From: a virus
Lineage: Duplodnaviria; Caudoviricetes
Strand: one strand, 5' to 3'
DNA: 34,802 nucleotides
IMG/VR virus record: IMGVR_UViG_3300033388_003295
Location: 1 to 34,802 of that record
Part shown: positions 16,584 through 26,043 of the stretch, one piece after another
Layout of the letters: each line of letters starts with the position of its first letter
Numbering within the stretch: the stretch's first letter is position 1
Notes under the pieces: model-generated
The model's database searches: none
Told to the model about the DNA's origin: nothing
The model's input: only the letters and a program-made list of their open reading frames with translations
Translations under genes and position numbers: made by a program

Positions 16584-18483
16584 TATTATTTATATTAGGA
16601 GACATTGCTTCACCCATCAAATCTCCTGTTGTATTTAATTGTTCTACTTCAAATTGATTAATTTTTCTAACTTCATTTTTCATTACAATCGGTTCAATAC
16701 TTAAAACATAAGAATTTAATCTTACCCAGTCATTGTTGCTCATATCTTCTTTATGGTCTGCCATATAATCTACAATCTTTTGTTTGTAAGCATTGTTTGC
16801 CATATCATTAGGTAAAATACTTTCTCCTTCTAATATAGATTCAATATCTCTGGCACATTCTGACATAAGAGCTGAATTGCCATATTTATCTGTATCTAAT
16901 AACTCTTTAACAGTATCTTCATCAAATCCAACAATATTAGCTTTAAGTTCGTATGCTTTCTTTTGATTTTGTTCCGGATTCATTGATTCATTAGTTAAAA
17001 ATGTCATTTTTGCTCTTTTTTCTGACGCAGTTAATAACTTTTCTGAATTAAGAGAATCAACTAAGACACCAAAGACATCATTTTTTCTTTTAATATCTTT
17101 CTTAGACACATTTTCAATCTCAATTCCATTCGGACCTATCATTTCAATAGCAACTTTCTTTGTTAAATGGTCCTGAATACCAATCTCATACAATCTAGCA
17201 AATCTTGACATAGCTATTGAATAACTATCATGAATTAATCCAAATCTATCAGAAGCTTCTTCCTTGTTTCCTTCATAAATAGCAACTCTACCACTTTCAT
17301 CTGCTACTCCTTTTGCTGCATCAGTTACTCCTGAAGCCGCACTTTTAATCTGTTCTAAAGCATTAAAAACAGCTAAAGGTGTATCAATTGGCGTTACTCT
17401 TAAAATCTGTACTGCCTTGTTAATATCAACACCATTCTTTACAAATATATCTCCATTTCTTCTATATTTTAATTGAGCTAAGTTGTGTATATTACCTATC
17501 TGAATTGCTTTCTGTGGCTTGTTAATCTGTTCAGCATTATCTAACATTTGATTAATTGATACATTTTGAGCTTCTACAATATCTCTAATATAATCCATTG
17601 GTGCTGGTGTCCAAAACTCTGTTAAGTCAGGATAAGCAGCCCAAGTATAAAAAGGCCACATTGAATCACTCATTAATTTTGGAATAGAAAACATTTCAGA
17701 CAATAGTTTAATTTTAATAGCTATTGCTCCGTTCTCTGTTAAAAGCATGTAATATCTTTTACCTTTATAGGTAGTAAACCACTCCCAGAACTTAAATTTG
17801 TCATCATCTTGAAACTCTTTTTGGCTAGATGTTTCCTGTCCAGCATAAGACCTATTGAGTTTGTTTGTTTCTTCTTGAGTTGATTCTGTGTTGTTTCCTA
17901 CACCATTAAGAAGCTGTTTAATATTTTTACCTATATAATTCTTATCATTTTGTAAGTCTTCTAAATCTGTTCTTGATTTAATAACTCCATATCTACCTAA
18001 ATATTTACCTTTATCAATATCAATTCCACCTGCAGAAGGGTCTATTAAGAAATCATAATCATCAACAGGCTCATTATGTGGTCTATAAACCTTATCTATT
18101 GAGTCAGCATAATAAGTAGCAATACTTCTACCATAGATGATAGCTTGTTTTTTACATACTGAATCTTTTATATTCCAAAAATCAGCTTGAGCATCTTGCG
18201 TTCTTAAAGCATTTAATCTTTGTACTCTTTTCAATTGAGATTCTTTTCTTTTAGTATATTTAAAGATTAGAGGAGTTTTAATTTTACTCCATAAAGTATG
18301 AACAAATTCCTGACCACCACCTAAATTTACATTGGCTCTTGATTCTTTGTTTGATACTTTTTTATTGTAGTAAATATTCTCATTGTTTTGCCAATTTGCA
18401 ATTTTGCCTTGTTTATATTGTCTTGCAAAGGCTATTTCTGAAATAGCTTGTGCTGTAATTTTATCTATATCTATTTTTTCCAT
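16546..18483 (-). CDS. Portal protein (P22-like)
   Basis: 645 aa after TerL; DFLIDPSA, WEW, INQMLDN...N.P and ASGVTD...G motifs. Confidence 0.85.
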   Translation of the reverse strand: MEKIDIDKITAQAISEIAFARQYKQGKIANWQNNENIYYNKKVSNKESRANVNLGGGQEFVHTLWSKIKTPLIFKYTKRKESQLKRVQRLNALRTQDAQADFWNIKDSVCKKQAIIYGRSIATYYADSIDKVYRPHNEPVDDYDFLIDPSAGGIDIDKGKYLGRYGVIKSRTDLEDLQNDKNYIGKNIKQLLNGVGNNTESTQEETNKLNRSYAGQETSSQKEFQDDDKFKFWEWFTTYKGKRYYMLLTENGAIAIKIKLLSEMFSIPKLMSDSMWPFYTWAAYPDLTEFWTPAPMDYIRDIVEAQNVSINQMLDNAEQINKPQKAIQIGNIHNLAQLKYRRNGDIFVKNGVDINKAVQILRVTPIDTPLAVFNALEQIKSAASGVTDAAKGVADESGRVAIYEGNKEEASDRFGLIHDSYSIAMSRFARLYEIGIQDHLTKKVAIEMIGPNGIEIENVSKKDIKRKNDVFGVLVDSLNSEKLLTASEKRAKMTFLTNESMNPEQNQKKAYELKANIVGFDEDTVKELLDTDKYGNSALMSECARDIESILEGESILPNDMANNAYKQKIVDYMADHKEDMSNNDWVRLNSYVLSIEPIVMKNEVRKINQFEVEQLNTTGDLMGEAMSPNINNNAPQRKNEEFKI

Positions 18484-18507
18484 ATATTATAAATCCATCT
18501 ATAATAA

Positions 18508-18828
18508 TTATATTAGATTTACTGTTTTATAATCTTCTGCTCTTGCAAAAGCTAAAGCATCATCATAAAAGTTTGGTCCATTCTTTTTCTCTGAAAAGAT
18601 TTTAACAATACAAGAATTTTCGTCTAAAACTTCAACAAACTTAACTATTCTTTTTATTGATTTAGTTGCTTTTGCAATATCCTGACAAGAGTCTTCTACT
18701 GTTTTAATACTTTCTGTTAATTTTTCTTTTTGCTCTTCTGTTAAGTTATCAACAGTTTCAGGGTAGTTATCAACAATTTTATCAACATTTTTGCTCTTTT
18801 TTGTTACTTTAGTTCCTTTTTTTGCCAT
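18508..18828 (-). CDS. Hypothetical protein
   Basis: 106-aa ORF downstream of its own promoter. Confidence 0.7.
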   Translation of the reverse strand: MAKKGTKVTKKSKNVDKIVDNYPETVDNLTEEQKEKLTESIKTVEDSCQDIAKATKSIKRIVKFVEVLDENSCIVKIFSEKKNGPNFYDDALAFARAEDYKTVNLI

Positions 18829-18858
18829 ATATTTATATTTAATTGATTATTTTTATAT

Positions 18859-18887
18859 ATTTTAACTTTATTTTATATATTTGTCAA
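18859..18887 (-). promoter_or_regulatory. Sigma70 promoter upstream of the portal unit
   Basis: TTGACA (18887-18882), 17 nt, TAAAAT (18864-18859). Confidence 0.75.
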
Positions 18888-20462
18888 TTACAAACCAATT
18901 CCCGGATATAATTGCTCGTCTTCATAGTTAAATTTTGAATAGTCTTCTTCTATTTCTTTAACTTCTGCAAAATCTTTCATTTGCCATGCAATTGCACATG
19001 CCATTAGTAAATCAAAATGCCTTGTTACCAATCTAGGGTCCTCTTCTTTATCCATTAAATCGTTCCTAGAATAGCTTTTGCATTCTTGTATTAAGTCTTT
19101 ATCGTTTAACTCTAATAATCCATCAGAGATGGCTTTAGATAGGGCATAGAGCATCTTTGGTTTAGTTGCTGCATTAGTATTCCAACCATAATTTTTAGAT
19201 ATGTTTGATTCTGTTCTAATATCATCTCTTACCTCAATCCAAATATTAGCTTCTAATTGTTTTAATCTTGCAATAGTTGCATGTCCATGATTATTTCTTT
19301 CAGGGCAAACCAAACAATTACCAAAAATTTCAGCTTGTCTATTAATCTCATCGCCAAAGTTATCAGGCTTGATAATATTTGTATTGAATATTCCAACTAC
19401 CTGACAAGGAACTTTATCAAAATCTATAAAAACAGATGTAGAACTATCTAATCCAACACCTCCTGATACATCATGACCACTTCCATACCTATGACTTGCA
19501 TCAAAAGCTTTATAAATCTTAAAATTAGCAATCTCTTTAAAAGGATTTAATACTTTCATATTGTCTAGTGTTTCTCTATCAAAGAATATATCTCTACTTG
19601 CTGATGGTTTACATAGTCTTTCTCCTTCAAAATCATCATCATCAATCTCCATTTGTTTAATATCAGCAACAGAATATCTATCCCAAGCCGGAATACCATT
19701 ATCAATAATAGGAATAATTAAAACAATCTTATTACTACTTAATTTATTTGTAACAAGTTTATGTACATTTCCCATCTCTGAAATATAATTACAATTATAG
19801 ATACAAGCACCATCTATTGATAAAGCTGTTCTTGCCTCTTCCATATTATCCCAAATAGCTTTAGAAGTTTTAGCAGACCTTAATGTTTTCCTTGTTTCAA
19901 AATCTTCAAATAAAATAAAGTCTGGTCTTGCATCTTCTTGCAATGCTCCTCTTTGGTCCGTTCCTACTGTTCCAGCTGATATTTTAATACCTGTTGAGGT
20001 AGTAAACGAACTCATTCTTTCTTCTCTTTTAATATTATCCTTAACAAATATTTCAGGATAAACTGTTTGAAACCTTTTTTGTATAAACATATTATAGATA
20101 TCTGTTGTAATCTGTCTTGCATTATCTAGGTCAGCTGATAATATCTTTATATATCTTCTAAAATGATTTTTATCATTTGCTATACAAAAAGCTATAAATA
20201 ATTTAATTCTTGAGGTCTTAGCTGCTCCTCTAAAGGCAACATCTACAAAAGAGGTTATATTACCTCTATAAGCTTTTAAGTTGTTGCTATCTATCATTTT
20301 ATGGAACAGAGCATCGTTTGAAGTAAAGTATTGTACATAAAAAAATCTTGCCCATAAATTAAATTTAAGCAAAATCTTTTCATCTGTATCATTTAAGCTA
20401 AAACTAAATAATGCTCTAAGCTCTTCCGGTTTATTTCTTGTTAGTATCTCTTTTATTTCCAT
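18888..20462 (-). CDS. terL: Terminase large subunit
   Basis: Walker A-like AFRGAAKTS, Walker B FILFEDFE, RG...RPD; nuclease domain GHDVSGGVGLDSS, PERNNHG, HFDLLMACAIA. Confidence 0.92.
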   Translation of the reverse strand: MEIKEILTRNKPEELRALFSFSLNDTDEKILLKFNLWARFFYVQYFTSNDALFHKMIDSNNLKAYRGNITSFVDVAFRGAAKTSRIKLFIAFCIANDKNHFRRYIKILSADLDNARQITTDIYNMFIQKRFQTVYPEIFVKDNIKREERMSSFTTSTGIKISAGTVGTDQRGALQEDARPDFILFEDFETRKTLRSAKTSKAIWDNMEEARTALSIDGACIYNCNYISEMGNVHKLVTNKLSSNKIVLIIPIIDNGIPAWDRYSVADIKQMEIDDDDFEGERLCKPSASRDIFFDRETLDNMKVLNPFKEIANFKIYKAFDASHRYGSGHDVSGGVGLDSSTSVFIDFDKVPCQVVGIFNTNIIKPDNFGDEINRQAEIFGNCLVCPERNNHGHATIARLKQLEANIWIEVRDDIRTESNISKNYGWNTNAATKPKMLYALSKAISDGLLELNDKDLIQECKSYSRNDLMDKEEDPRLVTRHFDLLMACAIAWQMKDFAEVKEIEEDYSKFNYEDEQLYPGIGL

Positions 20463-20937
20463 CTGTTTTATTTAATTTAGATAAATAATTATCAATAGCT
20501 TTATCTATTTTTACTTGTTGTTCTGGCATTAAATCTTTACCATCTTTACCTGTTTGCTCTATCCCTTCTCTATATCCATGCTTTGTTAATAATACCTTTG
20601 CAATAGTAGAATTATAATCTCCAGAAAGACCTTTTTCTATTAAAACCTTAGCTTGTTTCTTCCTAACATTTCCTAAAATTTCGGAAAACTCTTTATGATG
20701 TTTTTCCCATTCATAAACAGTATCTAGATTTACCTCTAAAATTAAAGCCAATCCTTCAATAGTTGGTATCTTAACTTTTAACTTATTTTCATAAGTAGTT
20801 GAAGTAGTTCCATCAGTTCTTATCAATCTATATTCTTCATCTTCTGTATCTTCTAAATACTTTTTAACTATATTGATTGTTTCTATTCCTTTATATTTTG
20901 TAGGTCTACCCATTTTATTGTTTTCTACTTTTTCCAT
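20431..20937 (-). CDS. terS: Terminase small subunit (P22 gp3-like)
   Basis: GRPTKY, PTIEGLA..L...DTVYEW...H.EFS and GL.G.YN..IAK..L motifs; overlaps TerL. Confidence 0.9.
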   Translation of the reverse strand: MEKVENNKMGRPTKYKGIETINIVKKYLEDTEDEEYRLIRTDGTTSTTYENKLKVKIPTIEGLALILEVNLDTVYEWEKHHKEFSEILGNVRKKQAKVLIEKGLSGDYNSTIAKVLLTKHGYREGIEQTGKDGKDLMPEQQVKIDKAIDNYLSKLNKTDGNKRDTNKK

Positions 20938-20945
20938 ATCTTTTT

Positions 20946-21374
20946 TTATTTATTTGTATCTTCGTATTTTTCCCCCATTTCAGTTAATACTTGTGCAATT
21001 ACCCAACCTCTGTATACTCCTTTTTCAGCAATAATTTCTTTTCCTTCTTTGTCTTTAGTTTTTTCTAATAATATAATACTTTCATTTAAAACATCAATAA
21101 TAAAACCTTTAGTCTTTACTTTTAATTCAATTTCTCCTCCTTCTAAAACTGCTTGAGCAGCTATATTGATTAAGAAGCCCTCTTTTCTATCTTTTTGTTG
21201 ATAAAATGAAAGACAATTTAATATAACATTTCTTATTGATTCTACCGGTAAATCTTTTTGAGAAATGCTTCCGTCTTTTGCTTTTGGTAAATTATCAATA
21301 TCCTTTTGAGTGGGATATGATTTCGGAAACTCTTCTCCCTTTAAATTCTTAATTGTCTTGTCTAGATTTAACAT
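20946..21374 (-). CDS. Hypothetical protein, first gene of the late operon
   Basis: 142-aa ORF downstream of the promoter at 21475-21503. Confidence 0.75.
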   Translation of the reverse strand: MLNLDKTIKNLKGEEFPKSYPTQKDIDNLPKAKDGSISQKDLPVESIRNVILNCLSFYQQKDRKEGFLINIAAQAVLEGGEIELKVKTKGFIIDVLNESIILLEKTKDKEGKEIIAEKGVYRGWVIAQVLTEMGEKYEDTNK

Positions 21375-21474
21375 AATTCTTTTTTTTTATTTATTAATTA
21401 ATTATAATTTTAATCTTTTGTTTATTTATAAAGATTCTATCCTTTCATATTCAACTAACATACTATGTTTTTTG

Positions 21475-21503
21475 ATTATACACATTTTCTTTGAATATTT
21501 CAA
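21475..21503 (-). promoter_or_regulatory. Sigma70 promoter at the head of the packaging operon
   Basis: TTGAAA (21503-21498), 17 nt, TATAAT (21480-21475). Confidence 0.75.
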
Positions 21504-21505
21504 GT

Positions 21506-21679
21506 TTACAATCTATATAATTTATTTCCTTGCTTGATTTTTTCTTTCAAGTATGTTTTATACTCTGGCGTTATTCTATATTCTTTGTAGCAATCTTTAC
21601 AACAAAACTTTCTACATACTTGACTTGAAACTACTTCAAACTCTTTTTCACAATTCCAACATATCTTTTTAATTTTCAT
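21506..21679 (-). CDS. Small zinc-finger protein (57 aa)
   Basis: MKIKKICWNCEKEF...RKFCCKDCY; CxxC...FCxxxC motif; ATGA overlap with the upstream gene. Confidence 0.65.
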   Translation of the reverse strand: MKIKKICWNCEKEFEVVSSQVCRKFCCKDCYKEYRITPEYKTYLKEKIKQGNKLYRL

Positions 21680-21825
21680 TCTCCTTTAATTTTTTCAATT
21701 ATTTTTCCTAATATCTCTAATACAAAACATATTATTCCAAAACATAATGTTAATAATAATTGTCCTAACCATAATGCTATCATGATTACAACACCCCATA
21801 ATGCTAATTCAAATATAAGCCACAT
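21676..21825 (-). CDS. Small membrane protein (49 aa)
   Basis: MWLIFELALWGVVIMIALWLGQLLLTLCFGIICFVLEILGKIIEKIKGE*. Confidence 0.6.
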   Translation of the reverse strand: MWLIFELALWGVVIMIALWLGQLLLTLCFGIICFVLEILGKIIEKIKGE

Positions 21826-21833
21826 AATTTTAT

Positions 21834-22145
21834 TTATTTATTTTTAAAATACTTTATAACTTCTCTTCTTAACTCTTCTAATTCTCCTTTGTCTGCTATT
21901 TTAAGGAGGTCTTTTTTAATTTTTTGTTTTGCAATATTGTATCCACTATTGAAAAAATTTGTAGTTGAATCAACTATTTCTTTTTTATTCTTTTTTACTT
22001 CTTCTTTACTTATAAAATTCTTTTTTAATCCTATTAAAACTACAAGTAATATTAAATCTGTATCTTTTTTAGGAAATGCTGGCAAATCTCCAATATCAAC
22101 CTTCATTAACTTACAAACTTTTTCTAATTGTTCTTCTTTATTCAT
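21834..22145 (-). CDS. Hypothetical protein
   Basis: ORF with ATGA overlap to the methyltransferase. Confidence 0.7.
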   Translation of the reverse strand: MNKEEQLEKVCKLMKVDIGDLPAFPKKDTDLILLVVLIGLKKNFISKEEVKKNKKEIVDSTTNFFNSGYNIAKQKIKKDLLKIADKGELEELRREVIKYFKNK

Positions 22146-23365
22146 AATAGTTTTTCTTGTTTATGTTCATCTTGATATGCTTTAATCCTTGCTTCTGATA
22201 TTTTACAATATCCAGAATCTAAATCTATTCCTATATAATTAAATCCTTCTAATACACAAGCACAACCTGTTGTTCCTGAACCATTGAAAGGGTCTAATAC
22301 TATTCCACCTTTTGGAGTTATCAATCTGCATAGGTATTGCATTAGTTTTATGGGCTTAACTGTTGGATGAGAATTAGCTTTTGGTTGAGTGATAAATCTT
22401 TTCTCAAACCCTTCCAACCCCTTATTCCTTTCACTCTTACTTGCCTTTGCACAATAGAAAAATCTAGAAGCACCGTCTAAATTATCTTTAGGTTTACTTG
22501 ATTTTCCCGCAACCATAGAATAATCATTATAAATAGCATTCTTTTTACTTGCACTTGGCTCGTTTCCTGTTGTTGGAGCTAACTGTCCACATTTAACCCC
22601 GCTCTGCTCATCTAACATTTTACCTGCTTCTTCATCAAGAATTACATTTGCTGGAAAGCGACCATTGTGTGAATTATCATTATAACCATTTGATTTAAGT
22701 CCTTTGCTAAATTGATTTATTTCAGAATTTTTAGCTTGTGGTCTACCAAGATGTTCTTTTGTTTCAATTCTACACTCTTCAATATTTATTCCACCTGTTC
22801 CGTGTTTTAAAACATTCAAGGCTACTGTTTTTTCTGATAATGGTTTTCTTGCTAAACAGATAGGTTCGTTAGCTGGTTTAAGTGTAGTTCCCCAACCTTC
22901 GTATGGTGAGTTGCCTTTGGTAATAATATCTGTTTTACCAACTGTTCCACTCTCATAAAGAGTATTTGTTTTATCACAATTTTCTCTACTATTAGGATTT
23001 CTACCAATAACCCCTCTTTCATTCCCTTGCAACTTATCAACCGCCTTACCAATATTATGAGATTTCGGGAATCCACTGCCGTAAATCCATTGTATCATAT
23101 CTCTTATTTCAAATCCTGCATCTTCAATAGCACAAGTCATTCTGTGATATGTTCTTGTCCCACTAAAAGCTAATAAGTGTCCTCCTGATTTTAATACTCG
23201 CAAACATTCTTTCCATAGTTCTACATTATAAGCTATTCCTGTTGAATCCCATTTTTTACCCATAAATCCAAGTTCGTAAGGAGGGTCTGTTACAATGCTA
23301 TCTATTGAGTTATCTTCAAATGTTTTTAAAACTTCTAAATTGTTTCCTTGTATTATTTTATTCAT
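22142..23365 (-). CDS. Orphan N6-adenine/N4-cytosine DNA methyltransferase (beta class)
   Basis: IVTDPPY (motif IV), W.YGSGFPKS, GRFPAN, HPTVKP, VLDPFNGSGTTG (motif I). Confidence 0.93.
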   Translation of the reverse strand: MNKIIQGNNLEVLKTFEDNSIDSIVTDPPYELGFMGKKWDSTGIAYNVELWKECLRVLKSGGHLLAFSGTRTYHRMTCAIEDAGFEIRDMIQWIYGSGFPKSHNIGKAVDKLQGNERGVIGRNPNSRENCDKTNTLYESGTVGKTDIITKGNSPYEGWGTTLKPANEPICLARKPLSEKTVALNVLKHGTGGINIEECRIETKEHLGRPQAKNSEINQFSKGLKSNGYNDNSHNGRFPANVILDEEAGKMLDEQSGVKCGQLAPTTGNEPSASKKNAIYNDYSMVAGKSSKPKDNLDGASRFFYCAKASKSERNKGLEGFEKRFITQPKANSHPTVKPIKLMQYLCRLITPKGGIVLDPFNGSGTTGCACVLEGFNYIGIDLDSGYCKISEARIKAYQDEHKQEKLL

Positions 23366-23371
23366 AATAGT

Positions 23372-23515
23372 TTATTTAATTTGTAATGTTTCCCATTTTA
23401 TTTTATTTTTATATCCACAATTTTTACAATATCTATCATTATGTGATATATTTGCTCCACATTTTTTACAAATTATACGATTAATTTTTTTTTCCCCTGT
23501 TTCATTTGTTGTCAT
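23372..23515 (-). CDS. Zinc-ribbon protein (47 aa)
   Basis: MTTNETGEKKINRIICKKCGANISHNDRYCKNCGYKNKIKWETLQIK*; exactly fills the space between two junction repeats. Confidence 0.75.
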   Translation of the reverse strand: MTTNETGEKKINRIICKKCGANISHNDRYCKNCGYKNKIKWETLQIK

Positions 23516-23521
23516 AATAGT

Positions 23522-23773
23522 TTATTTATCTAAAATATTAATAGCATCATACTTTAATACAAAATCAATAACATTAACTGCTTGGAATCCAGATAATCCT
23601 AATCTTAATCTTTTAATACTATCTTCTGCTTCTTTTCTTGTCTTAACATTATCTTCCCATAAATATAATATTGCGAAAGGAATTGCTAAAGAATAAGAAT
23701 TAGTATTATTTATCTTTACAAAATCATTCCATTTCTTTTTTGTTATTTTTTTTCTATTATTATTTATTTTCAT
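23522..23773 (-). CDS. Hypothetical protein (83 aa)
   Basis: Fills the space between junction repeats; W..FV..N..SYS and GLSGFQA motifs. Confidence 0.75.
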   Translation of the reverse strand: MKINNNRKKITKKKWNDFVKINNTNSYSLAIPFAILYLWEDNVKTRKEAEDSIKRLRLGLSGFQAVNVIDFVLKYDAINILDK

Positions 23774-23779
23774 AATAGT

Positions 23780-24103
23780 TTATTTAACTTCTTCAATATC
23801 TTTCCACCTTTTAACAACTTCTTCGTTTGAAAGTTTATATATATCTTTTATATATTCAAAAACATTATTTGTACCATCTTTATCAATATATCCAGCTATA
23901 ATTCTCATTCCTACTTTTTTATTTTCAAAAGAATTTAAAAATTTTATTTCTGGATAATCAATTTCCATAATATTTATATCTTCTCCAAATTTTCTTCTTA
24001 AAAGATAAGTTGTTTTTCTATCCCAAATAGATTGCCATTGAGCTTTTTGTTCTTCAATTATATCTTTTAATAGCCATTCTTGTAATATTTTTTTTAATAT
24101 CAT
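23780..24103 (-). CDS. Hypothetical protein (107 aa)
   Basis: ORF ending in a junction repeat. Confidence 0.7.
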   Translation of the reverse strand: MILKKILQEWLLKDIIEEQKAQWQSIWDRKTTYLLRRKFGEDINIMEIDYPEIKFLNSFENKKVGMRIIAGYIDKDGTNNVFEYIKDIYKLSNEEVVKRWKDIEEVK

Positions 24104-24250
24104 AATTTTTTTTATTTTTTACTTGATAATTGTCTACTAAATTTTAACTGTTTTTATATAGACCCTTTATTTATATAGTTATTCTTACTTGATAAGATTA
24201 CCTAAATAATCTTATGTCTGCTCGCCACTACGAACGAACAGTATATAAAA
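24104..24250 (-). other. Structured intergenic region (three tandem hairpins)
   Basis: Stems at 24218-24241, 24192-24215 and 24145-24181; TTATCAAGTAA occurs twice. Confidence 0.55.
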
Positions 24251-24595
24251 TTACTTTTTAATCTTTAATTTATACTTTTTAATTTCAATCTCTATTTTAT
24301 TTTCTTCGCTAGGAATTTTATATATAATAGCTTTATAAATTTTTCTATCATCTTCAATATATCCACACTTTACTAGCATATCTTGTGTTACCTTAATAAC
24401 ATTATCATAGTCAGCAATTTTATGATTTTTCATATAAAACTTAAATTCTATTTGAATAATTCCTTTTATCATTTCTTTTTTTGGTGCTATTAAATAAAAA
24501 TCTTTACAAAACTGTTTATGTAATTCTGTTTTAAATCTTCTGCCCTGCCATGCTTCATTAATACTTATTGGCTTTAATGGTATTTTTATATTCAT
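24251..24595 (-). CDS. rusA: RusA-family Holliday junction resolvase
   Basis: P.S.N..W, DYDNVIKVTQDML and IEDDRKI catalytic motifs. Confidence 0.88.
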   Translation of the reverse strand: MNIKIPLKPISINEAWQGRRFKTELHKQFCKDFYLIAPKKEMIKGIIQIEFKFYMKNHKIADYDNVIKVTQDMLVKCGYIEDDRKIYKAIIYKIPSEENKIEIEIKKYKLKIKK

Positions 24596-24783
24596 TTTAA
24601 TCTTTTTCTTATAAGTTTTTTATGTCTACATTCTTTCCCCATAGACCCAGCAATACAATTACATTCTAATAATCCATTACTTAATAATTTAACTGTATAT
24701 ATACCTGTTCTACCTTTTACTTTAAATTTCTTCAAAGGAGTTAATCCATGTTTTTCAGCTAACTCCTTATATATTTCTAACAT
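24592..24783 (-). CDS. SWIM-type zinc finger protein
   Basis: Y.V...CNC......CRH motif. Confidence 0.75.
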   Translation of the reverse strand: MLEIYKELAEKHGLTPLKKFKVKGRTGIYTVKLLSNGLLECNCIAGSMGKECRHKKLIRKRLK

Positions 24784-24784
24784 A

Positions 24785-25222
24785 TCAAAAAGGAATATCT
24801 TTTAAATCTACTCCATCATTTTCTATTTCTTTTTTTCCTTCAACAACTTCTTTAATTTTTTCTCCTCCTACTTTTTCAATTTTTATAAATCCTTTCTCAT
24901 CAACAATTATATTGATAACATGTCCAGCATCTAAATCTAAATCCATTATTTGCTTTACAATATAATTTATCTTACCAGTTTTATTTGATTCCGGGACCTC
25001 ATAAAAAGCTTTTTGTTTTGTGTCTCCTATTTCAAAATAATGTATATAGATTGTAAACTTATCTCCAGCTTGTGTTGTAATAATTCTTTTATCTGCTCCA
25101 GTTAGTTTTAAATTATAATAATCTTTATTCTTAGTCCACTCGCCAGATTCTGTTTTGGTTTGAGGTTTTATTTCAATTATATAATTTTCTGATGCTTTTA
25201 ATTCTTCGTATATTTTTAACAT
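24785..25222 (-). CDS. Probable single-stranded DNA-binding protein
   Basis: Acidic C-terminal tail ending DLKDIPF; located in the recombination module. Confidence 0.6.
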   Translation of the reverse strand: MLKIYEELKASENYIIEIKPQTKTESGEWTKNKDYYNLKLTGADKRIITTQAGDKFTIYIHYFEIGDTKQKAFYEVPESNKTGKINYIVKQIMDLDLDAGHVINIIVDEKGFIKIEKVGGEKIKEVVEGKKEIENDGVDLKDIPF

Positions 25223-25244
25223 ATTTTTATATTTTTATTTTAAC

Positions 25245-25394
25245 TTATAATGCAGTTGCTATTGTTGTAAGCATTCCAATAGTAAATGCTATTCCAAAAG
25301 CTATTACATAAAATCTCCATACAAAAGCCCAGACTGTTTCAAAATCTACTTTAATTTTTACGTTTTCTTGTTCTACTTTAATTTGTTTTTTCAT
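25245..25394 (-). CDS. Small membrane protein (49 aa)
   Basis: MKKQIKVEQENVKIKVDFETVWAFVWRFYVIAFGIAFTIGMLTTIATAL*. Confidence 0.6.
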   Translation of the reverse strand: MKKQIKVEQENVKIKVDFETVWAFVWRFYVIAFGIAFTIGMLTTIATAL

Positions 25395-25439
25395 ATTTTT
25401 TTAAATTTTAATTTTTTATCTACGACTTTTATTTTAAAA

Positions 25440-26021
25440 TTACTTTAACTCAATTTCAATCTTTATACTCTCTATTTCTTTATCTGATTTTTCTATTGTT
25501 TCTCCAACTACTACTGCTATTTCATTTGCTAATTCTTCTTTTAATTCATCGTCATCTTCTTCAAGAGGTGCTAAATGTTCGTGTCCGATACCAAACCAAT
25601 CTGTTTTATCTTTATTCCAAACACTATAATATAATCCATCCATCTTATTACTAACAGCTTCAATCTCTCCTTTCATTTCAGGATAATTATCTTTAAATCT
25701 TTTCCAATTACTTATTTCTTTTACACTATTTAATATCTTAACTTTCTGTCCTTTTTTGAAAGATTTTCCTGTATCTAATCTGAATGTTTTTACAATTTTC
25801 CATTTGTCTTCTTCTGCTTCTTTATTTATATCTTGTTTACTAAGGTCAAAACGAGCATAATCATTTATAGTTCCCTCTATTGTATCTCTCCAATAACTTG
25901 TTAAGTAATCACCATCTTTATTTTGTAATGGATAAATTATCATATACTCATTAACATTATTTTTAACTATAACACTAACTCCGTGTTCAAGATTTTTTAA
26001 TATTTTTTCTGCTGTTGTCAT
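25440..26021 (-). CDS. Hypothetical protein with SH3/KOW-like segment
   Basis: FKKGQKVKI...G.I....Y.V motif; acidic tail. Confidence 0.7.
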   Translation of the reverse strand: MTTAEKILKNLEHGVSVIVKNNVNEYMIIYPLQNKDGDYLTSYWRDTIEGTINDYARFDLSKQDINKEAEEDKWKIVKTFRLDTGKSFKKGQKVKILNSVKEISNWKRFKDNYPEMKGEIEAVSNKMDGLYYSVWNKDKTDWFGIGHEHLAPLEEDDDELKEELANEIAVVVGETIEKSDKEIESIKIEIELK

Positions 26022-26043
26022 ATATTTTTTATTTATTAATTAT

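Larger units (their letters stand above)
23362..23786 (-). repeat. 17-nt identical gene-junction repeat TAAATAAACTATTATGA (x3, plus a 12-nt partial copy at 22142)
   Basis: Plus-strand TCATAATAGTTTATTTA at 23362, 23512 and 23770; TCATAATAGTTT at 22142. Confidence 0.9.

Noticed and set aside
23362-23786. 17-nt repeats as a CRISPR array or integron attC sites
   Set aside because: Intervals are 150 and 258 nt and are whole genes; the repeat is non-palindromic; no cas or integron integrase.
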